Assembly (NCBI GenBank): GCA_016783905.1
Contig: JADHVQ010000003.1
Location: 1 to 63,568, forward strand
Direction: 5' to 3'
DNA from: Bacteroidales bacterium
Lineage (GTDB): Bacteria > Bacteroidota > Bacteroidia > Bacteroidales > FEN-979
Length of the DNA stretch: 63,568 nt
The translations under genes were made by a program, and so were the position numbers. The notes beneath the pieces were generated by a model. That model worked only from the letters and a program-made list of their open reading frames with translations. It was not told the DNA's origin and searched no databases. Shown here one piece after another: positions 1-10,420 of the stretch. Numbering within the stretch: position 1 is the first letter of the stretch; each line of letters opens with the position of its first letter.

Positions 1-272
1 TTAATAAAACTTGTTTCTTTTTGCGTTATAACCTGACCAACCAGTAATTCCGGCATCAGGAAAGAGAAGAGACAGGCGACTATGATTTTATCCAGGTTGG
101 CTTTCATGACTACGATGATTTATCCGGTCCAAATATAACCATCCTGAACATGTTTTGCAAGTGGATTATTCAGGATTCAAGAAAACATGTAAAACTGCTC
201 CAGATACAGCAAGAAAAACTGGTGGAGATCAGCAGTTTGACCTGACTTCCGAAAAAGTGATTTTAATTATAG

Positions 273-700
273 ATGCTTCAATATATGAAGACCCGTTTAC
301 CAGAAGGTCCGGAAACGCTATATGCTAGCCTGGATGATATTTTCTTTACCGGCGGTTCATCACATCGATTTTTATTCCATTCAAAAAATAAAAAAATTAC
401 TTTCGATCATCGCTGATATAGTTCCATACAAACAAAATGTCGAGAAGTTAGCGAAACAGACCGGAACAACCAGGGATTCTTTACTTAAATACCTGTTTTA
501 CCTTGAGAAATCAGAAATCGTAAATTGGTTAAGCCGGGATACTTCGGGCATCAATTATCTAAATAAACCCGAAAAACTTTACCTGCAAAACAGCAACCTG
601 ATGTATTCTCTTACGAGGCAAATTCCAGATCCGGGAACGATTCGTGAAACGTTCTTTCTTAATCAGATGAAAGTAAAACATGGAGTATCCCGATAAAAAC
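273..700 (+). pseudogene. Internally deleted remnant of an AAA_14/DUF4143-type ATPase
   Basis: From ATG 273 the sequence reads MLQYMKTRLPEGPETLYASLDDIFFT, resembling the segment after Walker A. It joins in another frame to LPAVHHIDF...KPEKLYLQNSNL...GTIRETFFLNQ, resembling the DUF4143 C-terminal part. Walker A/B and the true C-terminus are missing. Confidence 0.7.
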
Positions 701-740
701 AAAATTCCTCTCTGGCTGTTCGGTTTTCTCTATTAAAATT

Positions 741-781
741 CTTCGTGTATCTTCGTGCCTCCTTCGTGTCACTTCGTGTAA
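741..781. repeat. Four copies of CTTCGTG at 10-11 nt spacing
   Basis: cttcgtgtat cttcgtgcctc cttcgtgtca cttcgtgtaa read directly. Confidence 0.85.
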
Positions 782-787
782 CAACTG

Positions 788-795
788 TACCTTTG
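788..795 (+). promoter_or_regulatory. Bacteroidota sigma-70 -7 box (TAnnTTTG)
   Basis: TACCTTTG about 24 nt upstream of ATG 819. Matching boxes precede many other genes: + strand 3428, 12976, 19019, 21999, 23566, 38682, 41692, 43759, 45236, 53799, 60876; - strand near 7790, 18955, 38590, 48925, 50940, 55540, 60870. Confidence 0.65.
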
Positions 796-818
796 CAATA
801 CCCAATAACCGACGACGG

Positions 819-1355
819 ATGACGAATGATCTTTTAACCGGCAAAAAATTGAAACTCCGTGCGGTGGAGCCATCTGACATTGATCTTCTTCTCGAGTGTG
901 AGAACAACACATCCATCTGGAAAGTAAGTAATACCGTCACCCCCTATTCAAGGTTTGAGTTGGAGGAGTATGTCCTGAATGCCAAACGGGATATCTTTTC
1001 TGCCCGGCAACTGAGGCTGATGATTGACCGTATTGATGGCGTGGATCCTCCGGTAACCATCGGGACCATTGACCTGTACGATTTCGACCCGGTGCATCTC
1101 CGGGCAGGGATTGGAATCATGATCGCCGAAGAGTTCCGGGAACAGGGTCATGCAGCGGAAGCCCTGAAGATCCTGATCCGGTATGCAGTGGATAGTCTTC
1201 TCCTGCATCAGCTGTTCTGCCATATCTCATCTGATAACCAAATAAGCATCAGGCTTTTTGAAAGCCTCGGATTCATCCGTTGCGGGGAGAAAAAAGAGTG
1301 GCTCAATATTGGCGATGGGTGGATGGATGAATATATGTACCAACTGATTCTGTAA
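819..1355 (+). CDS. GNAT (RimJ/SpeG-like) N-acetyltransferase
   Basis: LRAVEPSD start, GIMIAEEFREQGHA acetyl-CoA loop, NQISIRLFESLGF motif. Confidence 0.85.
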   Translation: MTNDLLTGKKLKLRAVEPSDIDLLLECENNTSIWKVSNTVTPYSRFELEEYVLNAKRDIFSARQLRLMIDRIDGVDPPVTIGTIDLYDFDPVHLRAGIGIMIAEEFREQGHAAEALKILIRYAVDSLLLHQLFCHISSDNQISIRLFESLGFIRCGEKKEWLNIGDGWMDEYMYQLIL

Positions 1356-1360
1356 CACCC

Positions 1361-2404
1361 ATGCGCCTCTTTTTTCGAATTACCGTCCTGCGCATCATTC
1401 CTTTCCTTGTCCTGGCAACTCTGCTTGTGGGAACGGAGCGGCTCTATTTCCGGATCCATACGTCTGTAATCGATCTGGGAGATGCCGATCATGCATGGTT
1501 AACTATTCCTACCGGGGCAGGTTTCAACCAGGTAAAAGACAGCTTGTATTATCATGGTTACGTCAATAAAAAGAAATTCATTGAGAACTACGTTGAACTG
1601 GGGAAGTACGACCACTATTTCAAGCCTGGGCGATACAGGCTTCGGAACAAGATGAGTGCACAGGAACTGGTGGATATGCTGATCAGGGGACTCCAAACCC
1701 CGGTGAAGGTTTCATTTCATAATATCCGGAACAAAGAGGAGCTTGCGGGAAGGATTGCCCGTCAGATCGAAGCTGATAGCCTGAGCCTGTTGAAGGCGCT
1801 TTCTGATGACACATTCCTGTCTCAATACGAGGTAACTGTCCTGACTCTATTCACCATGACCATCCCCAACACCTATGAGATGTGGTGGAATTCCACGGCA
1901 GAAGACTTCATGGCACGAATGGCAACGGAATCCGGGAAGTTCTGGAAAGGGGCAAGAACGCAGCAAGCCGATTCTATCGGGCTGAGCATTCCGGAAGTGG
2001 TAACACTTGCCTCCATCATTGAGAAGGAGACCGCAATGAATGATGAAAAGCCCCTGATTGCCGGAGTTTACATCAACCGGCTTCAAAAAAAATGGCCCCT
2101 TCAGGCCGATCCCACACTGATCTTTGCATGGGATGATTTCACAATCAACCGGGTTCTGAACAAACACAAAGAGATAAATTCTCCCTATAACACCTATAAA
2201 AACATAGGGCTTCCTCCGGGTCCAATCTGTATTCCGTCCATCGCTTCGATCGATGCAGTCCTCAACTACCGGGATCATGGATATATGTACTTTTGTGCCA
2301 GGGATGATTTCTCTGGATACCATGTCTTCTCCACCTCATTAAATGAGCACAACAGGAATGCACGAAGGTACCAGCAAGTATTTTCGAGAAGAGAGAGGAA
2401 ATAG
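1361..2404 (+). CDS. mltG: Endolytic transglycosylase MltG (YceG family)
   Basis: LASIIEKET, NRLQKKWPLQADPT, SPYNTYKNIGLPPGPI, YMYF motifs; N-terminal TM segment. Confidence 0.93.
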   Translation: MRLFFRITVLRIIPFLVLATLLVGTERLYFRIHTSVIDLGDADHAWLTIPTGAGFNQVKDSLYYHGYVNKKKFIENYVELGKYDHYFKPGRYRLRNKMSAQELVDMLIRGLQTPVKVSFHNIRNKEELAGRIARQIEADSLSLLKALSDDTFLSQYEVTVLTLFTMTIPNTYEMWWNSTAEDFMARMATESGKFWKGARTQQADSIGLSIPEVVTLASIIEKETAMNDEKPLIAGVYINRLQKKWPLQADPTLIFAWDDFTINRVLNKHKEINSPYNTYKNIGLPPGPICIPSIASIDAVLNYRDHGYMYFCARDDFSGYHVFSTSLNEHNRNARRYQQVFSRRERK

Positions 2405-2416
2405 GTTTGACAAGAC

Positions 2417-2456
2417 AACTGGATGACTGGATGACTGGATGATTAGATGATTAGAA
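2417..2456. repeat. Degenerate octamer tandem array (GACTGGAT/GATTAGAT x5)
   Basis: aactggat gactggat gactggat gattagat gattagaa, directly after the mltG stop. Confidence 0.85.
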
Positions 2457-3403
2457 GAAAAGACCAATCAATTCAAAGTAGTATTCATGGTCGATTGACC
2501 TCTGTGCAACTCTATTTCTGGTTGCCAGTTTTGTTCATTTTCCTGATCTCCGGCTCCCCTGTTCAGGCTCAAAAACGGTCCTTTGAGCCAAATCCTCTCT
2601 ATCCCGACACACTCCACAAAGGCAGGCTCATCGGAGTTCTTTCTGCCCAGGGAGTCATCTATTTCGGATCCCTCACCGGGCTCTATTACCTCTGGTATAA
2701 GGATTACGCGCAAAGCAACTTTCACTTTTTCAATGATAACAACGAATGGCTCCAGATGGACAAAATGGGGCATGTTTTCTCCTCCTACTACCTCAGCCGT
2801 GTCATGTATACATCCTACAGATGGGCCGGAGTGGAACGCAAAAAAGCGATACTTTTCGGAAGCTTGCTCACTTATGCATTCATGCTTAACATTGAAATCC
2901 TGGACGGGTTCTCGGCAGAGTGGGGCTTCTCATGGGGGGATCTCGCTGCCAATACGGCCGGTTGCCTTCTTTTTGTGGGACAGCAGTTTGGCTGGGATGA
3001 ACAGCGCTTCTTGCTCAAATACTCTTATCACCCGAGTAAATATCCGCAATACAATCCTGACCTGCTTGGAAGGAACCTGATCCAGAACCTGGTGAAGGAT
3101 TACAACGGAATGTCGTTCTGGCTCTCGGGAAATATCCACTCATTCCTGCCCAAACACTCAAAATTTCCCAAATGGTTAAATGTGGCCGTGGGATATGGGG
3201 CCGAAGGTTTAGGTGTAAACAACCAGGAGTTCGACAGGTACCGGAAATTCTTCCTGTCCCTGGATGTGGATCTCACCAGGATCCCAACCAGGTCAAAAGC
3301 ATTAAAAGGAATCTTCACCATCCTCAATTTGATTAAGATTCCCTTTCCGGCACTTGAATACGATACAAAAGGTCAGTTTAAATTTCATGCCATCTATTTC
3401 TGA
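2447..3403 (+). CDS. DUF2279/YfiM-like protein (start uncertain because the ATG lies in the repeat)
   Basis: FHFFNDNNEWLQMDKMGH, EILDGFSAEWGFSWGDLAAN, KDYNG and LSLDVDLTRI motifs. Confidence 0.8.
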   Translation: MIRRKDQSIQSSIHGRLTSVQLYFWLPVLFIFLISGSPVQAQKRSFEPNPLYPDTLHKGRLIGVLSAQGVIYFGSLTGLYYLWYKDYAQSNFHFFNDNNEWLQMDKMGHVFSSYYLSRVMYTSYRWAGVERKKAILFGSLLTYAFMLNIEILDGFSAEWGFSWGDLAANTAGCLLFVGQQFGWDEQRFLLKYSYHPSKYPQYNPDLLGRNLIQNLVKDYNGMSFWLSGNIHSFLPKHSKFPKWLNVAVGYGAEGLGVNNQEFDRYRKFFLSLDVDLTRIPTRSKALKGIFTILNLIKIPFPALEYDTKGQFKFHAIYF

Positions 3404-3460
3404 GGAGATTGAAAAAATCCCTACCTTTACCTTTGCGTTTTACTAATTAATCCGGCAATC

Positions 3461-3826
3461 ATGGAAGAACAAAATGCACATGCCACTCCCGACCAGGATA
3501 ACATGTTCTCACAACCAGCACAACAACATCTTCCCAACTCAACAGCGGTCCTGGTCCTGGGGATTTTGTCCATTGTATTCAGCATCTGGTATGTTTCAAT
3601 CCTGGGTGTGATCCTCAGTATTGTGGCCCTGGTTCTTTCCTCAAAGGACATGAGCCTCTATGCCTCCAACAGCTCAAAGTATACCCTTAGCTCTTTTAAC
3701 AATCTGAAAGCGGGAAGGATCTGTGCGATCATCGGCCTTACTGTGGCGATCATCTTTTTCGTGATCATTATGCTCATCATTTTCGGAATTCTTGCCACCA
3801 TGCCCTTCTGGGGAATGATCGATTAG
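3461..3826 (+). CDS. Small two-TM membrane protein (DUF4190/CCC-motif-like)
   Basis: LPNSTAVLVLGILSI and NLKAGRICAIIG patterns; -7 box at 3428. Confidence 0.75.
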   Translation: MEEQNAHATPDQDNMFSQPAQQHLPNSTAVLVLGILSIVFSIWYVSILGVILSIVALVLSSKDMSLYASNSSKYTLSSFNNLKAGRICAIIGLTVAIIFFVIIMLIIFGILATMPFWGMID

Positions 3827-3828
3827 CC

Positions 3829-5340
3829 ATGAAAATACTCCCTGTTGACAAGATCCGGGAAGCAGACGCGTACACCATTGAACACGAGCCGATTACAGAC
3901 ATCGACCTGATGGAACGGGCTGCCGGCAAATGTTTTGACTGGCTGTACCAGCACATACCCTCCACCCGCTCCATTACGGTATTCGCCGGAACAGGAAATA
4001 ATGGTGGAGATGGGTTGGCCATCGCCCGGATGCTTGCCCAGAAGGAGTATGAAGTAGAGGTATTTCTGGCAGGTAAAAAGGAGCAACTCTCCCCTAGTTG
4101 CCGGATCAATTACGAGCGACTACCCCACCCCTTAATCCCCTCCCCATTAAGGGAGGGGAAATTGGAAATGAATTTCTCCCCAAATGACGTAGTGATTGAC
4201 GCTTTGTTCGGTAGTGGCTTAATCCGCCCGGTCACCGGATTCCACGCTGATCTGATCCGGGCCATCAACGAAACAAAAGCCATGGTGGTAGCGATCGATG
4301 TACCCTCCGGTCTCTTTATAGATGAAACGGTAACAGGTGAAAAAGAGCCGGTCGTCATTAGGGCCGATTACACCCTCACCTTTGCCCCGCCAAAACTCGC
4401 CCTCTTTTTCCCGGAAAATGACCTCTATATCGGAGAGTGGGTTCTGCTCGACATCGGACTTTCCGACGAGTATCTGAAACAGGCGGAGGTGAAAAATTTT
4501 ACGATTACCGCCGCCAGTGTCAAACCACTTTTACGCAAACGCAATAAATTCGCTCACAAAGGAAACTTTGGCCACGCCCTGCTGATCTGTGGCGGAAAAG
4601 GGAAGATGGGGGCGGCCGTGCTGGCGGCAAAAGCCTGCCTGCATTCGGGCCCCGGACTGGTCACGGTGAAGGTTCCCCGTTCGGGAGTGGAGATCCTGCA
4701 AACGGCAGTCCCGGAAGCCATGCTTGCGATCGACCCGGATGAAGCGTGTTACTCTGAACTTCCCAAACTGGAAGGATACACAGCCATTGGGATCGGTCCG
4801 GGTATCGGTCTGGAAAAATCCACAGGGGATGCTTTCAAACATCTGATTCAGGAAGGAATCCCGATGGTCATCGATGCCGATGCCATCAATATCCTGGGTG
4901 AAAATAAAACCTGGCTCAGCTTTCTTCCGCCAGGCAGCATCCTTACACCACACCCCAAAGAGTTTGAACGGATAGCAGGCAAAACATCCGACGATTTCGA
5001 ACGGAACCAGGTGCAACGGGAGCTCTCATTCAAATACTCCTGTTACATCGTATTGAAAGGAGCCTACACCGCCATCACGACACCCGACGGGAAGTGCTTT
5101 TTCAACACCACCGGAAATCCCGGCATGGCTACCGGAGGAAGTGGCGATGTGCTGACCGGAATGATTACCGGATTGGTTGCCCAGCACTACCTTCCGTTGG
5201 AAGCCTGTTTGCTGGGTGTTTACCTGCATGGACTGGCCGGTGACCTGGCTGCGGAAATCACCGGCCAGGAGGCATTGACCGCCGGAAAGATTATCAACCA
5301 CCTCGGAAACGCATTTTTATCGCTTTATGGAGAATTATGA
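3829..5340 (+). CDS. nnr: Bifunctional NAD(P)HX epimerase/dehydratase
   Basis: GTGNNGGDG, DALFGSG, AIDVPSG (YjeF_N); HKGNFG, GPGIG, VIDADA, LTPHPKEF, GGSGDVLTG (carbohydrate kinase domain). Confidence 0.95.
   Translation: MKILPVDKIREADAYTIEHEPITDIDLMERAAGKCFDWLYQHIPSTRSITVFAGTGNNGGDGLAIARMLAQKEYEVEVFLAGKKEQLSPSCRINYERLPHPLIPSPLREGKLEMNFSPNDVVIDALFGSGLIRPVTGFHADLIRAINETKAMVVAIDVPSGLFIDETVTGEKEPVVIRADYTLTFAPPKLALFFPENDLYIGEWVLLDIGLSDEYLKQAEVKNFTITAASVKPLLRKRNKFAHKGNFGHALLICGGKGKMGAAVLAAKACLHSGPGLVTVKVPRSGVEILQTAVPEAMLAIDPDEACYSELPKLEGYTAIGIGPGIGLEKSTGDAFKHLIQEGIPMVIDADAINILGENKTWLSFLPPGSILTPHPKEFERIAGKTSDDFERNQVQRELSFKYSCYIVLKGAYTAITTPDGKCFFNTTGNPGMATGGSGDVLTGMITGLVAQHYLPLEACLLGVYLHGLAGDLAAEITGQEALTAGKIINHLGNAFLSLYGEL
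4122..4159. repeat. G/C-rich REP-like hairpin inside nnr
   Basis: TCCCCTCCC-cattaa-GGGAGGGGA (9-bp stem, 4136-4159) preceded by ACCCCACCCC; translated in frame as PHPLIPSPLREG. Confidence 0.65.
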
Positions 5341-5908
5341 AGAAGAAGCGCTGGAACAACTTGTTCTGGCACCTTACATACAAAAAAGCACCGCGCTTCG
5401 CGGAAAGTTCAGGTATGTGGGAGGGAATCAGTTCCGCCACGCCTTCGGAACCTTCGCTATCCTCCTGGATTATCATTACATCGACCCGGTCCTGCTGAAA
5501 GCCTCCATGATTCATGATGTGTTTGAGGATGTAAAATATGTATCCAAAGAGGAGATCATAAGCCTCGATGAGGATGGGCCCAAAGTATTTGACCTGGTCA
5601 TGGAGGTTACCCGAAAAAAAAACGAGTCCAAAACTGCGTTCCTCGAACGTATTCTGAAAGAGGGATCCACCCATGCCAAGGTTCTCAAGTGTGCCGACCG
5701 TATCAGCAACCTTACTGACCTGCATTCGGATACCTTCGATAAAGAGTTTATTAAAAAATACATCGAAGAGACGAAGGGATTTGTTCTCCCCATGGCAAAG
5801 GAGGTCAACCAGCATATGCTGTTCGAACTGAAGGATCTCATAAAAAAACGGGAAGCGAGCTTGAGGCTTTCAACCCATTTCTGGCCGCTGCACAGGAAAG
5901 AGGATTAA
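5327..5908 (+). CDS. Stand-alone HD-domain hydrolase, Mesh1/small alarmone hydrolase-like
   Basis: QFRH...[10 protein letters not shown]...VMEVT...[11 protein letters not shown] matches the RelA/SpoT HD signature; no synthetase domain. Confidence 0.8.
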   Translation: MENYEEEALEQLVLAPYIQKSTALRGKFRYVGGNQFRHAFGTFAILLDYHYIDPVLLKASMIHDVFEDVKYVSKEEIISLDEDGPKVFDLVMEVTRKKNESKTAFLERILKEGSTHAKVLKCADRISNLTDLHSDTFDKEFIKKYIEETKGFVLPMAKEVNQHMLFELKDLIKKREASLRLSTHFWPLHRKED

Positions 5909-7761
5909 TTCAATTGCGGATTTAGCAGGAGGTCATTCTCCATCCGGAGATTATCAATGATGAAGCCCTGACGCTGAGGCGTATTTTTCCCCATGTAAAA
6001 GGCGAGTACCTCCTGGATAGAAGAATCTTTGGAAAGCAGGACCGGATCGAGACGGATGTTGTTTCCGATGAAATGGCTGAACTCATCCGGAGAGATCTCT
6101 CCTAATCCTTTGAACCTGGTGATCTCCGGATTCCCACCCAGCGTTTCAATAGCCTGCTGTTTCTCTTCCCCGGAATAACAATAAAAGGTCTTCTGTTTAT
6201 TCCGGACGCGGAACAGCGGGGTTTGAAGGATATACAGATGGCCGTTACGCACCAGGTCGGGATAGAACTGCAGGAAAAAAGTGAGCAGTAACAGTCGGAT
6301 ATGCATCCCGTCAACATCAGCATCCGTGGCAATTACCACATGGTTGTAACGGAGGTTCTCCAGGCCCTCTTCCAGGTTCAACGCAGCCTGCAGCAAATTG
6401 AACTCATCGTTCTCATAAACCACCCGTTTGCTGAGTCCGTAAACATTGAGCGGTTTACCTTTCAATGAAAATACCGCCTGGGTGTTGACATCCCTTGCTT
6501 TGGTGATGGATCCGCTGGCGGAATCCCCCTCGGTGATGAAGATGGTCGTCTCAAACTTCCGGTCGTCGTGATTGTTATAATGAATGCGGCAGTCGCGAAG
6601 TTTTTTATTGTGAAGGCTGACCTTTTTCACACTATCTTTGGCGATCTTTTTGATATTTGCCAGCTCTTTACGCTCCCTCTCGCTCTGCAGGATCTTCTTC
6701 AGCAACGATTCGGCCGTTTCGGAGTTGATGTGAAGATAATTATCGAGATGCCGCTTCACGATATCCATGATGTAATTCCGGATGGTCTGTCCATCGGGTT
6801 CAATCAGCTGTGAACCCAGTTTGGTCTTGGTCTGAGATTCAAACACGGGATCCTGCACCTTGATGCTGATCGATGCCAGCAGGGAAGCTTTGATATCATT
6901 GGTGTCAAAATCCTTTTTGTAAAACTCGCGGATCGTCTTCACCAGGGCTTCCCGGAAGACGGACTGATGAGTCCCTCCCTGGGTGGTATGCTGTCCGTTT
7001 ACAAAAGAGTAGTACTCCTCCCCGTACATTTCGCAATGGGTAAAGGCAAACTCAAAATCCCCCTCTTTCACATGAATAATTGGATAGAGGATATTGGAAT
7101 CGATGTTGCTCTTCAGCAGGTCGAGCAAGCCGTTGGAGGAGTGAAATTTCTCACCATTGAAAATGATGGTCAGCCCATTATTGAGGTAGGCATAATTCCA
7201 GAGCATCTTGGTGATGTACTCCGGGATGAAGTGGATATTTCCAAACAGCTCGTCATCCGGTGTAAAGGTTACGATGGTGCCGTTCCGGAGTTCGCATTCC
7301 TTCTCATCCTCCTCATTCAGCACAATCCCTTTCTGAAACTCCACGATCTTTGTCCTGCCGTCACGGATTGACTGGACCTTGAAGTAGTTCGTGAGTGCAT
7401 TGACCGCTTTGGCTCCTACCCCATTGAGTCCTACCGCTTTCTTAAAAACCTTGGAATCGTATTTAGCGCCGGTGTTGATTTTTGATACACATTCCACCAC
7501 CTTCCCGAGCGGCATACCCCGTCCATAATCACGCACACAAACCTGCTGATCGTGAATGGTCACTTCGATCGTCTTTCCAAATCCCATCACAAACTCATCC
7601 ACAGAGTTGTCCAGGATCTCCTTGATCAGCACATAGATGCCGTCATCGGGAGAAGCACCATCACCCAGCTTCCCGATATACATCCCCGGACGCATACGAA
7701 TATGCTGCTTCCAGTCGAGCGATCGAATGGTATCTTCTGTATAATTATCTGGCTGAAACAT
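5905..7761 (-). CDS. parE: DNA topoisomerase IV subunit B
   Basis: [47 protein letters not shown]; about 620 aa with no GyrB insertion; a -7 box near 7790 supports start 7761. Confidence 0.9.
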   Translation of the reverse strand: MFQPDNYTEDTIRSLDWKQHIRMRPGMYIGKLGDGASPDDGIYVLIKEILDNSVDEFVMGFGKTIEVTIHDQQVCVRDYGRGMPLGKVVECVSKINTGAKYDSKVFKKAVGLNGVGAKAVNALTNYFKVQSIRDGRTKIVEFQKGIVLNEEDEKECELRNGTIVTFTPDDELFGNIHFIPEYITKMLWNYAYLNNGLTIIFNGEKFHSSNGLLDLLKSNIDSNILYPIIHVKEGDFEFAFTHCEMYGEEYYSFVNGQHTTQGGTHQSVFREALVKTIREFYKKDFDTNDIKASLLASISIKVQDPVFESQTKTKLGSQLIEPDGQTIRNYIMDIVKRHLDNYLHINSETAESLLKKILQSERERKELANIKKIAKDSVKKVSLHNKKLRDCRIHYNNHDDRKFETTIFITEGDSASGSITKARDVNTQAVFSLKGKPLNVYGLSKRVVYENDEFNLLQAALNLEEGLENLRYNHVVIATDADVDGMHIRLLLLTFFLQFYPDLVRNGHLYILQTPLFRVRNKQKTFYCYSGEEKQQAIETLGGNPEITRFKGLGEISPDEFSHFIGNNIRLDPVLLSKDSSIQEVLAFYMGKNTPQRQGFIIDNLRMENDLLLNPQLN

Positions 7762-7851
7762 CCTGTTTTTCCTTTCTGCGGTGCAAATATAACAGAAACG
7801 ACCTGCCATGAAGTATAGCCGGTAAAAGAGTTTTCAAAAAGTTGTACACAG

Positions 7852-9141
7852 CTATTCTGGCTTCTGACTTCTGGCTTCCGGGGAGATTCCCTGCCTTACC
7901 TCCTGTATCAGTAGCTTGATCTCCTCCTTCCTGATCAGGAAATCCCTGGCTTTGACTCCCGATAATACGAAAAAGGCGATCAGCTGATAAATGGTGGCTG
8001 CAGTGTAAGAGCAGGAAGCGGCGATCCCAGCGCCGATGATTCCGTAAACAGGGATCAGCCAGAGGCTGAGGGCGATGGTGAAGATCAGACCGATTCCGGA
8101 CGCTATGGCGCTGTGCATCGGTTTCCCCATCCCAGCAAAAAAGGAGCTGAGGAGAATGGAAAAAGAGAGTGAAATGATCCCGACAGCCAGGCTGATGATT
8201 ACCGGTTTGATTCCACTGAATTCAGGTCCGAAAACGAACACAAAGAAACTGGCTGGCAACATCAGGATCAATCCTACGATCAGGGTGGAAACCAGCACTC
8301 CTACCTTGCTGAAAACGAGGGTTACCTTCACCGCATAATCCCATCTCTTTTCATTGCTGATCCTTGAAAGCTGTACCATGGAAATGCTGCGCGGGATGAT
8401 CCAGACTCCTTCCGAAAGCTGAACACCGGTAGAATATACGCCAAGTGCGGCTTTATTGATCATATGTTCGATAAAGTAATAACTCAGCCGGTAATTGAAG
8501 AGCTGGAAGATATTGGCTGTTTGCGCCCATGTGCCAAACGCAAGGATTTCACGGATAACCTGTTTCATACCGCTCAGCTCGCTACGCTTCAACCGGGTGG
8601 TGATCAATGCAAAACTGGGAAGAAACATGACGATATATGCAACATACATGGCGTATACATAGACCATTACCTCCCTGTTTGAGGTTAAAAGGTAAAACGC
8701 CATCAGGGTGGCGATCAGGGCGGTGAACTGAGCCACTGTGAGTACATTGATGGCCCTGATACGCTCCTGACCAAGAAGAATCATGGTGTTCACCGTAAAG
8801 AGGGAATGAAGCAAGGAAAGGATCATCACATGCAGAAAATAGCCTTCCGGAATGGAACCAGTGATATTAAGTACTCCGGCACAGACAACAGAGGCAATCA
8901 CTCCCCAAATGTAAGAGGGGATAAAAAGTTTTAACAGAGGGGTTCTGGGGACAAGATATACCAGCGCCGCACCGCCAATAAAGTTATTCACCATCTGGAC
9001 GATGGTGATGGCCAGAATGATCAGGCTGATTATTCCCACCTTTTCGGCACCAAGATACCGGGCATTCATTACCACAATAACCAGCATAAAGATGGCTACC
9101 AGAAACCTGGTAATGATGGTGCCTATTATTTTTTTAAACAT
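7852..9141 (-). CDS. Polysaccharide flippase (Wzx/MATE-like)
   Basis: About 12 hydrophobic segments, LGVYS and LIPVYGIIGAGIA motifs; start overlaps the glycosyltransferase stop. Confidence 0.8.
   Translation of the reverse strand: MFKKIIGTIITRFLVAIFMLVIVVMNARYLGAEKVGIISLIILAITIVQMVNNFIGGAALVYLVPRTPLLKLFIPSYIWGVIASVVCAGVLNITGSIPEGYFLHVMILSLLHSLFTVNTMILLGQERIRAINVLTVAQFTALIATLMAFYLLTSNREVMVYVYAMYVAYIVMFLPSFALITTRLKRSELSGMKQVIREILAFGTWAQTANIFQLFNYRLSYYFIEHMINKAALGVYSTGVQLSEGVWIIPRSISMVQLSRISNEKRWDYAVKVTLVFSKVGVLVSTLIVGLILMLPASFFVFVFGPEFSGIKPVIISLAVGIISLSFSILLSSFFAGMGKPMHSAIASGIGLIFTIALSLWLIPVYGIIGAGIAASCSYTAATIYQLIAFFVLSGVKARDFLIRKEEIKLLIQEVRQGISPEARSQKPE
7855..7882. repeat. Heptamer array TTCTG(G/A)C at the flippase 3' end
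   Basis: ttctggc ttctgac ttctggc ttccggg; encodes the tail PEARSQKPE. Confidence 0.7.
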
Positions 9142-10312
9142 TGCCCATGATTTGGGTATAAATTGCTGAGAGTTGACTGCCCACCGATTGAGGCGAGTAC
9201 CGGTCCTGTACAGTAGCCCGGATAGCCTCCCGGTCAAAGGAACTGAACTGATCGAGCATGCGATCGATGGCCTCAACCAGCGCTTGTTTATCATTCACCG
9301 GGACCAAAATTCCATTGCGGTCAGTAATCACTTCGGGAGCAATTCCTACCGCCGTGGAGACGACCGGAGCGCCGCAGGCCAGGCTCTCGATCAGTACGGT
9401 GCCAAAGGTCTCATACCGGCTCGATAGTACCGTAAAATCAACCTGTTCATAAAGTCCTGTAAGATCTTTCTGTGCTTTCAGTCCTACAAAGAACACAGTT
9501 TTTCCCATTAGATCGAGATCTACAGCCACCTGCTGTATCCGCTCCAGGTCGGGCCCCTCACCTGCCAGCAGACACCGGAAATCTGACCTTCGTTTCAACA
9601 GCTCAGCAATCGCTTCAAACAATCCGCTGATATTCTTGGCCCGGTCATCGAAACAGGAAACATGTAAGAACTGTTTCCGGGAACCATGTCTCTGCTGATG
9701 CTTATCAATCCGAAGGGGAGATGTAACCACATTGGGAACCACAAAATAATGCAGGTTAGATAGATGACAAGCAATCATCGCATGCTTCAGCGCCTCAGAA
9801 ACTGCTATCATGGCCGCCGCCTTCCCAACCACATACCGGGTAACCGGTTTCCTGAGCCATCCCCGGTAAGTGCCATTCTCCTGAAAATATCTTGACCAGT
9901 GCTCAGAGATCACATGAGGAACCCGGTACCGGCGACTCATAAGGTGTCCGATCAAAGCTGTCCGGGTAAGAATATGTGAGTGTATGACATCAGGAATAAA
10001 ATCACCAACAACTTCTAACCCTCTCTGGTGAGCCCGGTAGAAGCTTGAAAGGTTCAACGCCTGGTAGATCCCGGGAAGGACTGTCTCTGGAATCTTGTAA
10101 TAGACCCGGACAGCCGTCACACCGTTTTCCTCTGCAAAATCGATCTCAAATTCACTCGGGCAATGTGGATCAGGATGAACATAGAGCACCACCACATGAT
10201 GCCAGGTGGTAAGCGCCTCAGCCTGCCGCTGGATAAACAATCCCGGCATCGGATCATACCGGTGAGGATACCAGCGAGGCAAGAAGAGAATATTCAGGGG
10301 AGAGGCGGACAT
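9134..10312 (-). CDS. Glycosyltransferase family 4
   Basis: SRYETFGTVLIESLACGAPVVST (E-x7-E), ISEHWS, DVIHSH. Confidence 0.9.
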   Translation of the reverse strand: MSASPLNILFLPRWYPHRYDPMPGLFIQRQAEALTTWHHVVVLYVHPDPHCPSEFEIDFAEENGVTAVRVYYKIPETVLPGIYQALNLSSFYRAHQRGLEVVGDFIPDVIHSHILTRTALIGHLMSRRYRVPHVISEHWSRYFQENGTYRGWLRKPVTRYVVGKAAAMIAVSEALKHAMIACHLSNLHYFVVPNVVTSPLRIDKHQQRHGSRKQFLHVSCFDDRAKNISGLFEAIAELLKRRSDFRCLLAGEGPDLERIQQVAVDLDLMGKTVFFVGLKAQKDLTGLYEQVDFTVLSSRYETFGTVLIESLACGAPVVSTAVGIAPEVITDRNGILVPVNDKQALVEAIDRMLDQFSSFDREAIRATVQDRYSPQSVGSQLSAIYTQIMGNV

Positions 10313-10319
10313 GAAGCGA

Positions 10320-10416
10320 AATTACTAATTACTAATTACGAATGACGAATGACGAATTGAGAGCAAAGTATCGCGTATCGTGTATCACGTATCGCGCATC
10401 CGGCATCCGGCATCAA
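10320..10416. repeat. Two abutting heptamer arrays (AAT(T/G)AC(T/G)-like x6; G(T/C)ATCnn x7)
   Basis: aattact aattact aattacg aatgacg aatgacg aattgag ... gtatcgc gtatcgt gtatcac gtatcgc gcatccg gcatccg gcatcaa; fills almost the whole intergenic gap. Confidence 0.85.
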
Positions 10417-10420
10417 ATCA

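Noticed and set aside
659..940. ORF 659-940 (-) and other repeat-crossing ORFs or extensions (10808-11338, 18024-18146, 41629-41943)
   Set aside because: Their low-complexity peptides (HEVTRRRHEDTRR, RPSSFVL, ITIYDLR, HQLTNSQ) are translations of the tandem arrays or lie antisense to real genes.
5905..7761. gyrB
   Set aside because: Length and N-/C-terminal motifs fit Bacteroidota ParE better.
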